30,092 nt of DNA from assembly GCA_021162225.1 (NCBI GenBank), contig JAGGZB010000078.1:1-30092 (forward strand), read 5' to 3'. Each line of letters opens with the position of its first letter. Position 1 is the stretch's first letter. The DNA comes from Candidatus Bathyarchaeota archaeon. Its GTDB lineage: Archaea; Thermoproteota; Bathyarchaeia; Bathyarchaeales; DTEX01. Of this stretch, positions 16,985 through 25,650 are shown piece by piece. A program made the position numbers and the translations under genes. The notes beneath the pieces were generated by a model that searched no databases, had not been told where the DNA came from, and saw nothing but the letters and a program-made list of their open reading frames with translations.

Positions 16985-17821
16985 ATGAAGACGATAAAAG
17001 TTAAAAATTGGGTTTTCCTCTGCCTCGTCTACGCATTACTCTCCCTCGTAGCCCTCATCTCCATCTTCCCAATCTATCATATGTTTAATGTATCATTCAA
17101 GCCGAGGGCAATTCTATACGAATTCACCCTCCTTCCTCTTCCACCAACAATAGAAAACTACATTTTGCTATTCGAAGGCACCTTAATGTTTAGGTGGCTT
17201 CTAAATACATTTGCTTATGCAGGAACAGTTGCTTTGCTTACAATCATAGTTGACTCGATGACGGCTTACTGCCTCTCAAAGGCAACATTTCCGGGAAGAG
17301 ACTTAATATTCACAATTATTCTAGCAGCGATGATGGTTCCCGGCCAAGTCACGCTGATTCCACGTTTCATAATGTTCCGTTATATGAATCTCATTAACAC
17401 ATTCTGGGGTTTACTTCTGCCAGGCATCGCAAGTCCCTTCGGAGTCTTTCTCCTAAGGCAGTATATGCTCGCCCTGCCTTCTGATATTCTTGACTCTGGA
17501 AGAATAGATGGTTGTTCAGAATGGCAGGTATTCTGGAAAATCGCCTTTCCGCTTTCCAGACCTGCAATAGCAACCGTTGCAGCTCTAAAGTTTATATCAC
17601 ACTGGAACACGTTTCTGTGGCCCCTCATCGTTATGACAACACAAGACAACTATACTGTTCCAGTCGGCTTGGCTACATTATCGTGGTGGGGCGGATCTGA
17701 CTGGGGAGTAATGATGGCTGGCTCCGCTATCTCAGTGATCCCAACACTCGCTATATTCATAATCTTCCAGAAGTATATACTCGCAGGATTAACGCTGAGA
17801 AGAGTTCAGTTAAAGATGTAA
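16985..17821 (+). CDS. Carbohydrate ABC transporter permease (MalG-like)
   Basis: PTIENY, FPGRD, EAA-like loop ILDSGRIDGCS, WNTFLWP. Confidence 0.93.
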   Translation: MKTIKVKNWVFLCLVYALLSLVALISIFPIYHMFNVSFKPRAILYEFTLLPLPPTIENYILLFEGTLMFRWLLNTFAYAGTVALLTIIVDSMTAYCLSKATFPGRDLIFTIILAAMMVPGQVTLIPRFIMFRYMNLINTFWGLLLPGIASPFGVFLLRQYMLALPSDILDSGRIDGCSEWQVFWKIAFPLSRPAIATVAALKFISHWNTFLWPLIVMTTQDNYTVPVGLATLSWWGGSDWGVMMAGSAISVIPTLAIFIIFQKYILAGLTLRRVQLKM

Positions 17822-17828
17822 AAAAGGC

Positions 17829-18950
17829 TTATATGATGACTTTCTCCGTCTTTCCATCAAAGAAGTGTATCTTATCCTCTTGGAATCCTACATAGACTTT
17901 CTCGCCTATCTCAGCTTTAAAGCTGCTTGGAACTCTCATCTTCACCATGTTATCTCCTATAGTTAGGTCTAGAATAGCTGATTCGCCTATTATCTCCAGA
18001 AGATAAATCTTGCCCTCGATAGCATTCTTATCCTTCTCTTCTAAAACAATCATGTGTTCAGGTCTAGCCCCCAGAATAACCTCTGAACCTTTAGCTTCTC
18101 TAACTAGTATCTCAAATATTTCTGGCTTAGGCGTATAGGTAAAGTCACCAAAGTCTATTAAGCCTTCATCTTCCCTGATCGATCCCTTAAAGAAATTCAT
18201 GGGCGGATTGCCGATAAATCCTCCAACGTTAACGTTCGCCGGATTATCGTATATTTCGCTCGGAGTCCCCACCTGTTGAAGGATCCCTGACATTAATATG
18301 GCTACTCTGTCAGACATGGACATAGCTTCCACCTGATCATGAGTAACGTAAATAGTTGTGACTCCCAGTTTCCTTTGCAAGTTTTTCAGCTCAGCCCTCA
18401 TGTAGACCCTAAGTTTCGCATCAAGGTTAGATAGTGGCTCGTCTAGCAGGAAAACTTTGGGATTTCTCACGATCGCTCTGCCTAAGGCTACCCTTTGTTG
18501 CTGTCCCCCGCTGAGTTCATGAGGTTTCCTATTCAGAAGATCCCTGATCTGCAGCATCTCTGCTATCGATTTTACTCTCTTATCGATCTCATCCTTGCTT
18601 ACCTTTTTAATCCTCAGCGGAAATGCAATATTATCGTAAACCGTCATATGGGGATAAAGGGCGTAGGTTTGGAAAACCATAGCTACGTTTCTGTCCTTAG
18701 GAGGCAAATCATTAACGAGAACATCATCAAAATATACGTTGCCCTCAGTCTGCCTTTCAAGCCCTGCGATAATTCTCAATGTGGTGGTCTTTCCACATCC
18801 AGAAGGTCCTAGAAGTGTAAGAAACTCTTTATCTTCCACCTTCAAGTTTAGGTTCTGAACAGCCTTCACTGGCCCGAAGGTCTTCGTGATGTTTTCAAGC
18901 GTTATCCTAACCAAGAGGATACCACCATAAATGTTCATGAAATAAAACAT
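17829..18950 (-). CDS. Carbohydrate ABC transporter ATP-binding protein (MalK/MsmX-like) with C-terminal TOBE domain; likely start TTG 18914
   Basis: Walker A GPSGCGKT, signature LSGGQQQRV, Walker B FLLDEP, YVTHDQ. GGTGG RBS-like sequence before the TTG at 18914. Confidence 0.95.
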   Translation of the reverse strand: MFYFMNIYGGILLVRITLENITKTFGPVKAVQNLNLKVEDKEFLTLLGPSGCGKTTTLRIIAGLERQTEGNVYFDDVLVNDLPPKDRNVAMVFQTYALYPHMTVYDNIAFPLRIKKVSKDEIDKRVKSIAEMLQIRDLLNRKPHELSGGQQQRVALGRAIVRNPKVFLLDEPLSNLDAKLRVYMRAELKNLQRKLGVTTIYVTHDQVEAMSMSDRVAILMSGILQQVGTPSEIYDNPANVNVGGFIGNPPMNFFKGSIREDEGLIDFGDFTYTPKPEIFEILVREAKGSEVILGARPEHMIVLEEKDKNAIEGKIYLLEIIGESAILDLTIGDNMVKMRVPSSFKAEIGEKVYVGFQEDKIHFFDGKTEKVII

Positions 18951-19020
18951 TAAGAAAAGTTAATAAAATTTTCCAAGAGGGTTCTTTAACAGTCAAGCGT
19001 AGGCTATTTGTGAAGAAATT

Positions 19021-19048
19021 GATTAGGCAGACTTAAACTGCTTTAATC
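19021..19048. promoter_or_regulatory. Imperfect inverted repeat inside the divergent ATPase/mtrH-like intergenic region (candidate operator)
   Basis: GATTA-G-GCAG-ACTTAAA-CTGC-TT-TAATC. Confidence 0.35.
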
Positions 19049-19134
19049 TATCCTACTAGCCCAGATAAGATTTGCACTAAACTGATTTATTATGAAAATT
19101 ATACTATGTATGTCTCTCTTTACGGCTACCTTGA

Positions 19135-20028
19135 GTGGTGTTTCGTATGTTTAGATTTAAATCTCCGCAGAGAATCGTTGAGATAGGCGGCGTAAAGATA
19201 GGCGGTAACCCCAGCGAGAGACCTCCCGCCCTTATAGGAACAATATTTTATCATGGGCACAAAATTATATTGGATGAACATAAGGGAGAGTTTGATAGAG
19301 GCAAGGCGGAAAGACTCATCAGGGATGTGGAGGAAAGCTCTGAAAAAACGAAAATTCCCGCGATTATAGATGTTATGGGCTCAACGCCAGATGCCATCAT
19401 TAAATACTTAGAGTTCATAGCGAGCGTAACGGATCTCCCCATAGCAATAGATTCTCCCTCTGTCGACGTCACAAAAGCGGCGCTAAATTACGTCAAAAAT
19501 TCTGGTTTAGCCAGAAGAGTCGTATACAATTCTCTGAGGATGGAATCAACAAATTGTGAATACCAAGCTTTAAAAGACGCACAAGTTAAGAGCGCAATGG
19601 CCCTATTGTACACAAGTAAAATACTTAGCATAGATGCAAGAATCAACGCCCTTAAAGCCATAGTAAGTAAGGCTAGAACCTTCGGCGTAGAAAACATTCT
19701 TGTTGACACCTTCGTTATTGACGTATCCAGCCTTGCAATAGCTATGAGAACGATCTTAACCATCAAATCGCAACACGGTTATCCATGTGGATGCGCTGCT
19801 CCTAATGCCATATCAGTACAAAGAAAAGCCTTCAAGAAGAAGTTTGGTAAGAAGGGTATCAATGCTGTAGAACTAGCAGTAAATATTGCCCCAGCCATCT
19901 TGGGATCAGATTTTCTACTTTATGGACCAATAGAGAAAACAAAAGAGATTTTTCCAGCGGCATATATAATTCATGCATCTTACAAGTCCATGTTGATGAT
20001 GAAAACCCCACTAATAGAATTGTCATGA
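19135..20028 (+). CDS. mtrH: MtrH/MtgA-like methylcorrinoid:tetrahydropterin methyltransferase (stand-alone MT2); likely start ATG 19147
   Basis: MFRF..Q.IVEIGGVKIGG.P.E.PPALIGTIFY N-terminus typical of MtrH, IDSP, YNSL, GCAAPNA, DFLLYGPIE. No other mtr subunits in the window. Confidence 0.88.
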   Translation: MVFRMFRFKSPQRIVEIGGVKIGGNPSERPPALIGTIFYHGHKIILDEHKGEFDRGKAERLIRDVEESSEKTKIPAIIDVMGSTPDAIIKYLEFIASVTDLPIAIDSPSVDVTKAALNYVKNSGLARRVVYNSLRMESTNCEYQALKDAQVKSAMALLYTSKILSIDARINALKAIVSKARTFGVENILVDTFVIDVSSLAIAMRTILTIKSQHGYPCGCAAPNAISVQRKAFKKKFGKKGINAVELAVNIAPAILGSDFLLYGPIEKTKEIFPAAYIIHASYKSMLMMKTPLIELS

Positions 20029-20102
20029 TGTACATCACAACAACTCTTAGTATCCGCTAAAAAGCTGCAATTTCATGCTTGCAATCGAGATTACATGCCG
20101 CG

Positions 20103-20118
20103 AAAAACTATTTTTATA
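20103..20118 (+). promoter_or_regulatory. Putative BRE/TATA promoter of the corrinoid-protein gene
   Basis: AAAAACTATTTTTATA ~40 nt upstream of ATG 20158, with a GAGGTG RBS at about 20143-20148. Confidence 0.5.
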
Positions 20119-20157
20119 GCCAAAAAGGTTCTCTTATTTAAAGAGGTGACGTGCTTA

Positions 20158-20817
20158 ATGGGGAAAGAAGACGAGATCATGGATAGGCTTAGAGACGCTA
20201 TCGTTAATCTAGACATCGACGGCGTTAAAAAAGCTTGTAAAGAGGCTATTGAAGCTGGTATCTCTGCTTACAAGGCTATCACTGATGGAATGGCTAAGGG
20301 AATGGAGATAGTTGGCGAAAAGTATGAGAAAGGAGAATATTTCTTGGCTGAATTGATGATGGCCGGAGAGGTAATGAAAGAAGGAGTGAAGATCCTTGAG
20401 CCATACCTAAAACGCGGAGAAGCAAAGAAGATAGGAAAGGTTGTGATCGGAACGGTCAGAGGAGACTTACATGACATCGGCAAAAACATAGTCATAAATC
20501 TGCTTGAGGCCGCTGGATTTGAAGTTATAGATTTAGGAGTTGATGTGCCTCCTGAAAGATTCGTTGAAGCCGTTAAGCAAAATAATCCAGATATAGTTGG
20601 CATGTCGGCTCTCCTCACAACTACGATGATGGAGATGAAAAAGGTAATCGACGCACTAAAAGAAGCCGGACTGAGAGACAAAGTAAAGATAATCATTGGA
20701 GGAGCCCCAATAACTCCAGAATTTGCTGAAGAAATCGGCGCAGACGCTGCATCAGGGGATGCCGTAGAAGCCGTGAGCATCTGTAAATCATGGGTTGAGA
20801 GAAGGAGAGGCATCTAG
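20158..20817 (+). CDS. Methyltransferase corrinoid protein (MtaC/MttC/MtoC-like); the ORF track starts at 20095 but ATG 20158 is better supported
   Basis: B12-binding DxHxxG (GDLHDIGKN), SxL (GMSALLTTT), IIGGAP, and an N-terminal four-helix cap (GEYFLAELMMAG). Confidence 0.95.
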   Translation: MGKEDEIMDRLRDAIVNLDIDGVKKACKEAIEAGISAYKAITDGMAKGMEIVGEKYEKGEYFLAELMMAGEVMKEGVKILEPYLKRGEAKKIGKVVIGTVRGDLHDIGKNIVINLLEAAGFEVIDLGVDVPPERFVEAVKQNNPDIVGMSALLTTTMMEMKKVIDALKEAGLRDKVKIIIGGAPITPEFAEEIGADAASGDAVEAVSICKSWVERRRGI

Positions 20818-20820
20818 GCT

Positions 20821-21117
20821 ATGGGAAAAATTAGAAAGCTTCAGGGAAGAGTTATAGATATTGAGAGGACAGGGAAGTTCATAACAGATGAAGCAGGGCT
20901 CAGATGGGAACGATGTATATTCACAATCGAGCTTACAGGTTTTTCGCGGCGTACGCCGGATGAAGTTATTCCAGAGGGGATTAAAGGTAAAAAAGTGAAG
21001 CTTGTACGCTATTGCCGTTTTAATTGGCACTATAAGCTTGGAGTTAGAAAGACGCTTGAGCCGCATGAAACCGAAGCAGTGCTCTCGGGAAAGCCCATAG
21101 AGACCGTATTTTGGTAA
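20821..21117 (+). CDS. Small basic protein of unknown function, probably beta-rich, between the corrinoid protein and its activator
   Basis: 98 aa, purine-rich coding strand like neighbouring genes, GGAGAGG upstream, tightly packed 3 nt after the corrinoid gene stop. Confidence 0.72.
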   Translation: MGKIRKLQGRVIDIERTGKFITDEAGLRWERCIFTIELTGFSRRTPDEVIPEGIKGKKVKLVRYCRFNWHYKLGVRKTLEPHETEAVLSGKPIETVFW

Positions 21118-21182
21118 TCTAGATCTCCAGACTTTAATAGCGTTCATATTCCTGCTTAAAAACCAAAGAGCACTCCACAGCC

Positions 21183-21205
21183 CTTTAACGTTAAAGATTT
21201 TATCC
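21183..21205 (+). promoter_or_regulatory. Perfect 14-bp palindrome CTTTAACGTTAAAG adjoining a putative TATA (TTTTATCC) upstream of the RACo-like gene
   Basis: Exact self-complementarity at 21183-21196; TATA-like element at 21198-21205. Confidence 0.5.
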
Positions 21206-21263
21206 TCGGATGGTTTAGTGGATATTCAACTGACAGGCCAGATAAGCCGCGGCGGAAAATCAG

Positions 21264-23141
21264 ATGATAATCTTTCAGCCTTACGGAATAAAAATCAAAT
21301 CTTATAAGAAAGAATCCATCCTCGAGATTGCTGGCAAGGCTGGAATTAGAATAAATGCTGTTTGTGGAGGAAGAGGTCTCTGCGGAAAATGCAGAGTAAT
21401 AATTCGCGAAGGAGAGGTCAATCTATCCAAGCCCACTGAAGCCGAAAAAAGAGCGCTGTCAGAGGAGGACCTGAAATGCGGCTTTAGATTGGCGTGTCAG
21501 GCGAGAATAGAGGAAACAGGCACGGTAATAGTGGAGGTCCCGCCGGAAAGCCAAGCTAATAAACAAAAACTGCTTGTTAAAGGGATGGAGACGCACGTTA
21601 AACCTAAACCCGCCGTTAAGAAGATTTTCGTCCGTTTAGAAAAGCCATCTTTGCAGGATAATACTGCGGATGTCGACAGGCTTCTGGAAGCTATCAGATC
21701 TCAAACAGGGTTAAAAGTTAACGTGGATTATGAGATTATGAAGAAGATTCCACACATACTGCGGATGAGTAATTGGCGGGTCTCCGTCGTAGTCTGGAAA
21801 GACAAAGAGATGATCTCTATTGAGCAGGACTCTTCTCCTGACATGTATGGCTTAGCCGTAGATATGGGAACAACAAAGATGGCTGGATACATCGTTGATC
21901 TGAGAAGTGGAAAGGTCGTAGGGGCAACATCAATAGTGAATCCCCAAATAGTCTATGGCGAAGATGTTGTCTCAAGGATTAAGTTCTCAGAAGAAGGAAA
22001 ACTAGAGGTTTTAAGAAAATGCGTGATCAACGGGATCAACGAGATGATGGGCAGAATCTGTAAAGACACTAAAATTCCTCACGAGAGAATCTACGATATG
22101 GCGGTTGCTGGAAACACTGTTATGCAACATATCTTTTTAGGAATCACCCCAAAATATATCGCCCAAGCCCCATACTCTGCAGCTCTGCAATCGTCCATTG
22201 ACGTTAAGGCTAGGGAGATAGGCGTAGAAATCAACCCATCCGCCTATGTTCACGTCTTACCGACCATAGCTGGATTTGTCGGCGGAGACACAATTGCGGA
22301 TATACTAGCTACGAAGATCCATGAAGCAGAAGATGTATCGATGCTTATAGACATAGGAACAAATACCGAAATAGTGCTGGGAGACAAGAAAGGGCTTATT
22401 GCATGTTCCTGTGCGTCTGGTCCGGCATTCGAAGGCTCTCATATAAAATGCGGCATGAGAGCTCTTGCTGGAGCAATCGAGCATGTATGGATCGAGCCGG
22501 GCACATTTGAAGTCGGATACGAAACGATCGACGATGATAAACCTCGGGGATTATGCGGATCCGCAATAGTTGATGTAGTTGCAGAGATGTTAAAGGCGGG
22601 ATTAATAGATTCGAGTGGAAGATTCATAATGGAAAATGAGACTCCTCGATTGAGAAGAAATGGAGAGAAGGTAGAGTTCGTAATAGCTTGGAGAGACGAA
22701 GCATCAAGTGCGCATGACATAGTTATAACGCAAAACGACATAAGAGAGGTTCAGCTCGCTAAGGCAGCCATATACGCTGGCACATCGATCCTGATGAGGT
22801 TCCTAAAAATCCAGCCTAATGATATTCAAAGAATGTATCTCGCCGGGGCCTTCGGAAACTACATTGATCCACAGAACGCTAAGATTATTGGAATGTACCC
22901 TGATCTACCTCTGGAAAGAGTTAGGTTTGTGGGAAACGTTGCTGGCTCAGGCGTCCGAGCAGCTTTGCTCTCCATTGATGCTAGAGAAAAAGCTGCAAAT
23001 CTCGCTAGAAAGATAGAATATGTGGAGCTTGCCGCTGACCCAGCGTTCCAAAGCGAGTTCTTAAAGGCAACGTATCTACCTCATAAGGAGTTATGGAGAT
23101 TTCCAAACGTGACTGCTATGCTGAATAGAACGTTAAGATAA
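21264..23141 (+). CDS. RACo-type ATP-dependent reductive activator of corrinoid proteins (DUF4445/ASKHA) with N-terminal [2Fe-2S] domain
   Basis: CGGRGLCGKC and RLACQ (2Fe-2S); ASKHA motifs VDMGTTK and IDIGTNTE; GPAFEG, GLCGSA, AGAFG. Confidence 0.93.
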   Translation: MIIFQPYGIKIKSYKKESILEIAGKAGIRINAVCGGRGLCGKCRVIIREGEVNLSKPTEAEKRALSEEDLKCGFRLACQARIEETGTVIVEVPPESQANKQKLLVKGMETHVKPKPAVKKIFVRLEKPSLQDNTADVDRLLEAIRSQTGLKVNVDYEIMKKIPHILRMSNWRVSVVVWKDKEMISIEQDSSPDMYGLAVDMGTTKMAGYIVDLRSGKVVGATSIVNPQIVYGEDVVSRIKFSEEGKLEVLRKCVINGINEMMGRICKDTKIPHERIYDMAVAGNTVMQHIFLGITPKYIAQAPYSAALQSSIDVKAREIGVEINPSAYVHVLPTIAGFVGGDTIADILATKIHEAEDVSMLIDIGTNTEIVLGDKKGLIACSCASGPAFEGSHIKCGMRALAGAIEHVWIEPGTFEVGYETIDDDKPRGLCGSAIVDVVAEMLKAGLIDSSGRFIMENETPRLRRNGEKVEFVIAWRDEASSAHDIVITQNDIREVQLAKAAIYAGTSILMRFLKIQPNDIQRMYLAGAFGNYIDPQNAKIIGMYPDLPLERVRFVGNVAGSGVRAALLSIDAREKAANLARKIEYVELAADPAFQSEFLKATYLPHKELWRFPNVTAMLNRTLR

Positions 23142-23178
23142 AGATAATAATGATGGTGGCTTCGGCGAATTATGTTTC

Positions 23179-24357
23179 CTATATCTTTCGATGTTTTCTG
23201 ATGGTCTCAAGCAGTGTCTGTATATTCTCTTTAGGAGTTCCGGGAACTATATAGTTTGAAACTCCGACTATGATGCCCCTGCTTCTCTTTGCTTCCTTAA
23301 GGCAGGAAAGAACTTCGGCTTTCACTTCTTCTCTGCTACCATAATGTAAGGTGTGAGAGCTAATATTCCCGATCAGTACGAGATGAGGAAATCGTTCTCT
23401 AAGTTTTCTAAGGTTCATCCCGGCTCTTCGATCGATCTCGAAGTAGCCGTCGATCCCAGATTTCCCGAATAAATCGTCGGCAACCGGCCAAAGATTTCCA
23501 TCGCTGGCATAGAGATAGTACACGCCGCATTTGTGGCATTCCTCGGCGACTCTCTGTATTCTTGGAAGCACGAGCTCACGGAAGATCTTAGGCGGCAGAC
23601 AGGGCCCTCTGTTATCGGCAAAGTCTACTCCTCCAAAGAGCAGTTTTGCTCCAGCCTCCGCGAGGTACCTTATTTGCTTCACAGCCATTTCAGCTTGAAT
23701 ATCTAAATAGCGGGCTGCTAAGTCTTGTCTCCGCAACGCAGCCATAAGCCATATAGGATCCCTTGTAGTTAAGCCTATTCCCACAGATCCTCCGTTCACC
23801 CGTATGGCATATTCTTCACCGTACTTTTCTATCAAGCTGCGTATCTCTTGAAAATCCTCACTTCTAGGCTTGTAGTTCTCTAGTTGCTCTTCCATCCGGG
23901 CGAGCTGCTCCTCTGCCATTTTAAATCTGACGCTCAGGTTCCCTTTTTCTCTTGGAGGATTCTCTTTGATGACATTAAAGAGCTCAGAGGATGGATTATA
24001 ACGTCTGATCACATATTCTCCTTTCGGATCTCCATAGAGAAAGGTATATTCGTCGATCTTCTTTGTAGGTTTTTCAGGAAGTCTCCAATAATGGAATCTT
24101 ATGATATCTTGGTCTGTTGCTCTAGCTATTTCAAAGGCATCTTCAAGGGACCTCTTTAAGAAGTCGCGATGGGCTTCTTCCCCTTCCCACAGCGCTTTAG
24201 TTTCTCTCCATTGTTGTATCCCTCCGCCTACAAAGACTTCTCGACCTAAAATCTTCGAGGCAGCATCACTCGAGAAGCCAATATGATGTATTGGTACCAT
24301 GTCTGGTAATTCAAACTCAAACGCGGCAAATACCCTTTCTCGAGGCGTCATGACCAC
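23179..24357 (-). CDS. URO-D/MtaA-CmuA superfamily protein, candidate substrate:corrinoid methyltransferase (variant active site)
   Basis: MTPRERVFAAF..E.PD.VP N-terminus, DFAD..GP, ASDGN, LIGNI, GIIVGVSN, TPKENI. Confidence 0.85.
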   Translation of the reverse strand: MVMTPRERVFAAFEFELPDMVPIHHIGFSSDAASKILGREVFVGGGIQQWRETKALWEGEEAHRDFLKRSLEDAFEIARATDQDIIRFHYWRLPEKPTKKIDEYTFLYGDPKGEYVIRRYNPSSELFNVIKENPPREKGNLSVRFKMAEEQLARMEEQLENYKPRSEDFQEIRSLIEKYGEEYAIRVNGGSVGIGLTTRDPIWLMAALRRQDLAARYLDIQAEMAVKQIRYLAEAGAKLLFGGVDFADNRGPCLPPKIFRELVLPRIQRVAEECHKCGVYYLYASDGNLWPVADDLFGKSGIDGYFEIDRRAGMNLRKLRERFPHLVLIGNISSHTLHYGSREEVKAEVLSCLKEAKRSRGIIVGVSNYIVPGTPKENIQTLLETIRKHRKI

Positions 24358-24475
24358 TTCTAAGAAGCCTCCTTATTGAAAGGCTTCGTTTAACTAAAAT
24401 TATTAATATTTTGGTCAGGGCAAGAAAGATCAAAAATTGAAGTTCATCGACATACAATTCAGCATTTGTGTGAGA

Positions 24476-25579
24476 TTACGGTCTGTATCGTCCGTACTTT
24501 TTCGCCAATCTAACCATGTATTCATAGTTTCTGAATGGGATGTCTGGTAGTACTGAATGATCCGAGCCAATGATATATCCTCCTCCGGGACACGCGGCCT
24601 CTAGCTTAGAGATCACTTCTTCTTTTATCCCCTTTAATGTCCCAGCAAGTATTCTCTTATCTATTCCGCCAATGAATGCTAGCTTGTCTCCATATTTCTC
24701 CTTGAGTTCTTGGATATCCATTCCAGCAGATACCTCGAGCGGGTTTAGGGCCGTTACCCCGCTTCTTATAAGATCTGGAATTAAAGTCTTAATGTTGCCG
24801 TCGGAATGTAGAATGAATGGCAAACCTTCTTTCCTAAGTCTCCTTCCAATCTCTACGTATCCCGGCATAATTATCTTCCTAAATACTTCAGGGCTGAAGA
24901 AAGGTCCATGCCTATAAGCTAGGTCATCTCTCATCCATAAGCCGTCTACGCCAAGTTCTATAAGATTCTCTAAGATTTCAGAGGTGAACTTGGAGATTTT
25001 ATCTATCATATATCTCACAAATCTTGGATCTTTAAGGAGTGAATGTAGCATTCTGGGAACGCCACAGAGAGATACAGAGTAAACGTATGGTCCCCTAAGA
25101 CTAACCAATGTCACATGTTCTTTCTTAAGCCTCTCTATCTTAATCTTCAGATATTTTCTAAATGGAGAGTTAGATCCACAAAGTCTTCTCGGGTCATTCG
25201 CGTCCAAGTAAGGTTCAACTTTTTCCTTAAAGTCATCAAGGTTCTTAACTAGAGGTTGTATCTCAGCGTGCAGTCCTCCGCTACGGAGATAAGAGGGCAT
25301 TCCGGGCCAAGAACCATCCCTGCCAACCGATCCGTATGGAGTGCCTACTATAACGCTTCTCTCGTTCAGTTTTACCGTTATACCTTCATAGCCAGGTGTT
25401 AGATCATGACAGTGCACAAAGGATAATTCAAAGCCAAAGTATTTACTGGCGTCTACCCCGCTGGGAAGGCCTTCTTTTTCCCAGCGCTTCTGCGTATCAG
25501 GCCATACAAAGTCGTGAATAGCTACTCTGTCGGGTTCTTCGAGATTGAGGATAGATAAGACTCTTTCCCTAGAATTCAT
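24476..25579 (-). CDS. URO-D/MtaA-CmuA superfamily protein, candidate substrate:corrinoid methyltransferase
   Basis: MNSRERVLSILNLEEPDRV, DDLAYRHGPFFSP, LHSDGN, NPLE, FIGGID, GGGYIIGSDHS. Confidence 0.88.
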   Translation of the reverse strand: MNSRERVLSILNLEEPDRVAIHDFVWPDTQKRWEKEGLPSGVDASKYFGFELSFVHCHDLTPGYEGITVKLNERSVIVGTPYGSVGRDGSWPGMPSYLRSGGLHAEIQPLVKNLDDFKEKVEPYLDANDPRRLCGSNSPFRKYLKIKIERLKKEHVTLVSLRGPYVYSVSLCGVPRMLHSLLKDPRFVRYMIDKISKFTSEILENLIELGVDGLWMRDDLAYRHGPFFSPEVFRKIIMPGYVEIGRRLRKEGLPFILHSDGNIKTLIPDLIRSGVTALNPLEVSAGMDIQELKEKYGDKLAFIGGIDKRILAGTLKGIKEEVISKLEAACPGGGYIIGSDHSVLPDIPFRNYEYMVRLAKKYGRYRP

Positions 25580-25650
25580 CCTCTATCCTCTCAGATAGAT
25601 ACATCTTTTGGAATCTTTATGTCTCTTTTTAATTCATATATTTGTAGTGA

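Noticed and set aside
19135-20028. mtrH as evidence of methanogenesis
   Set aside because: No mtrA-G or mcr genes are in the window, and stand-alone MtrH homologs are known as MT2 enzymes in non-methanogens.
23179-25579. Call as hemE (uroporphyrinogen decarboxylase) or as MtaA/MtbA
   Set aside because: Corrinoid and RACo neighbours argue against HemE, and the HxC zinc motif of CoM methylases is absent.
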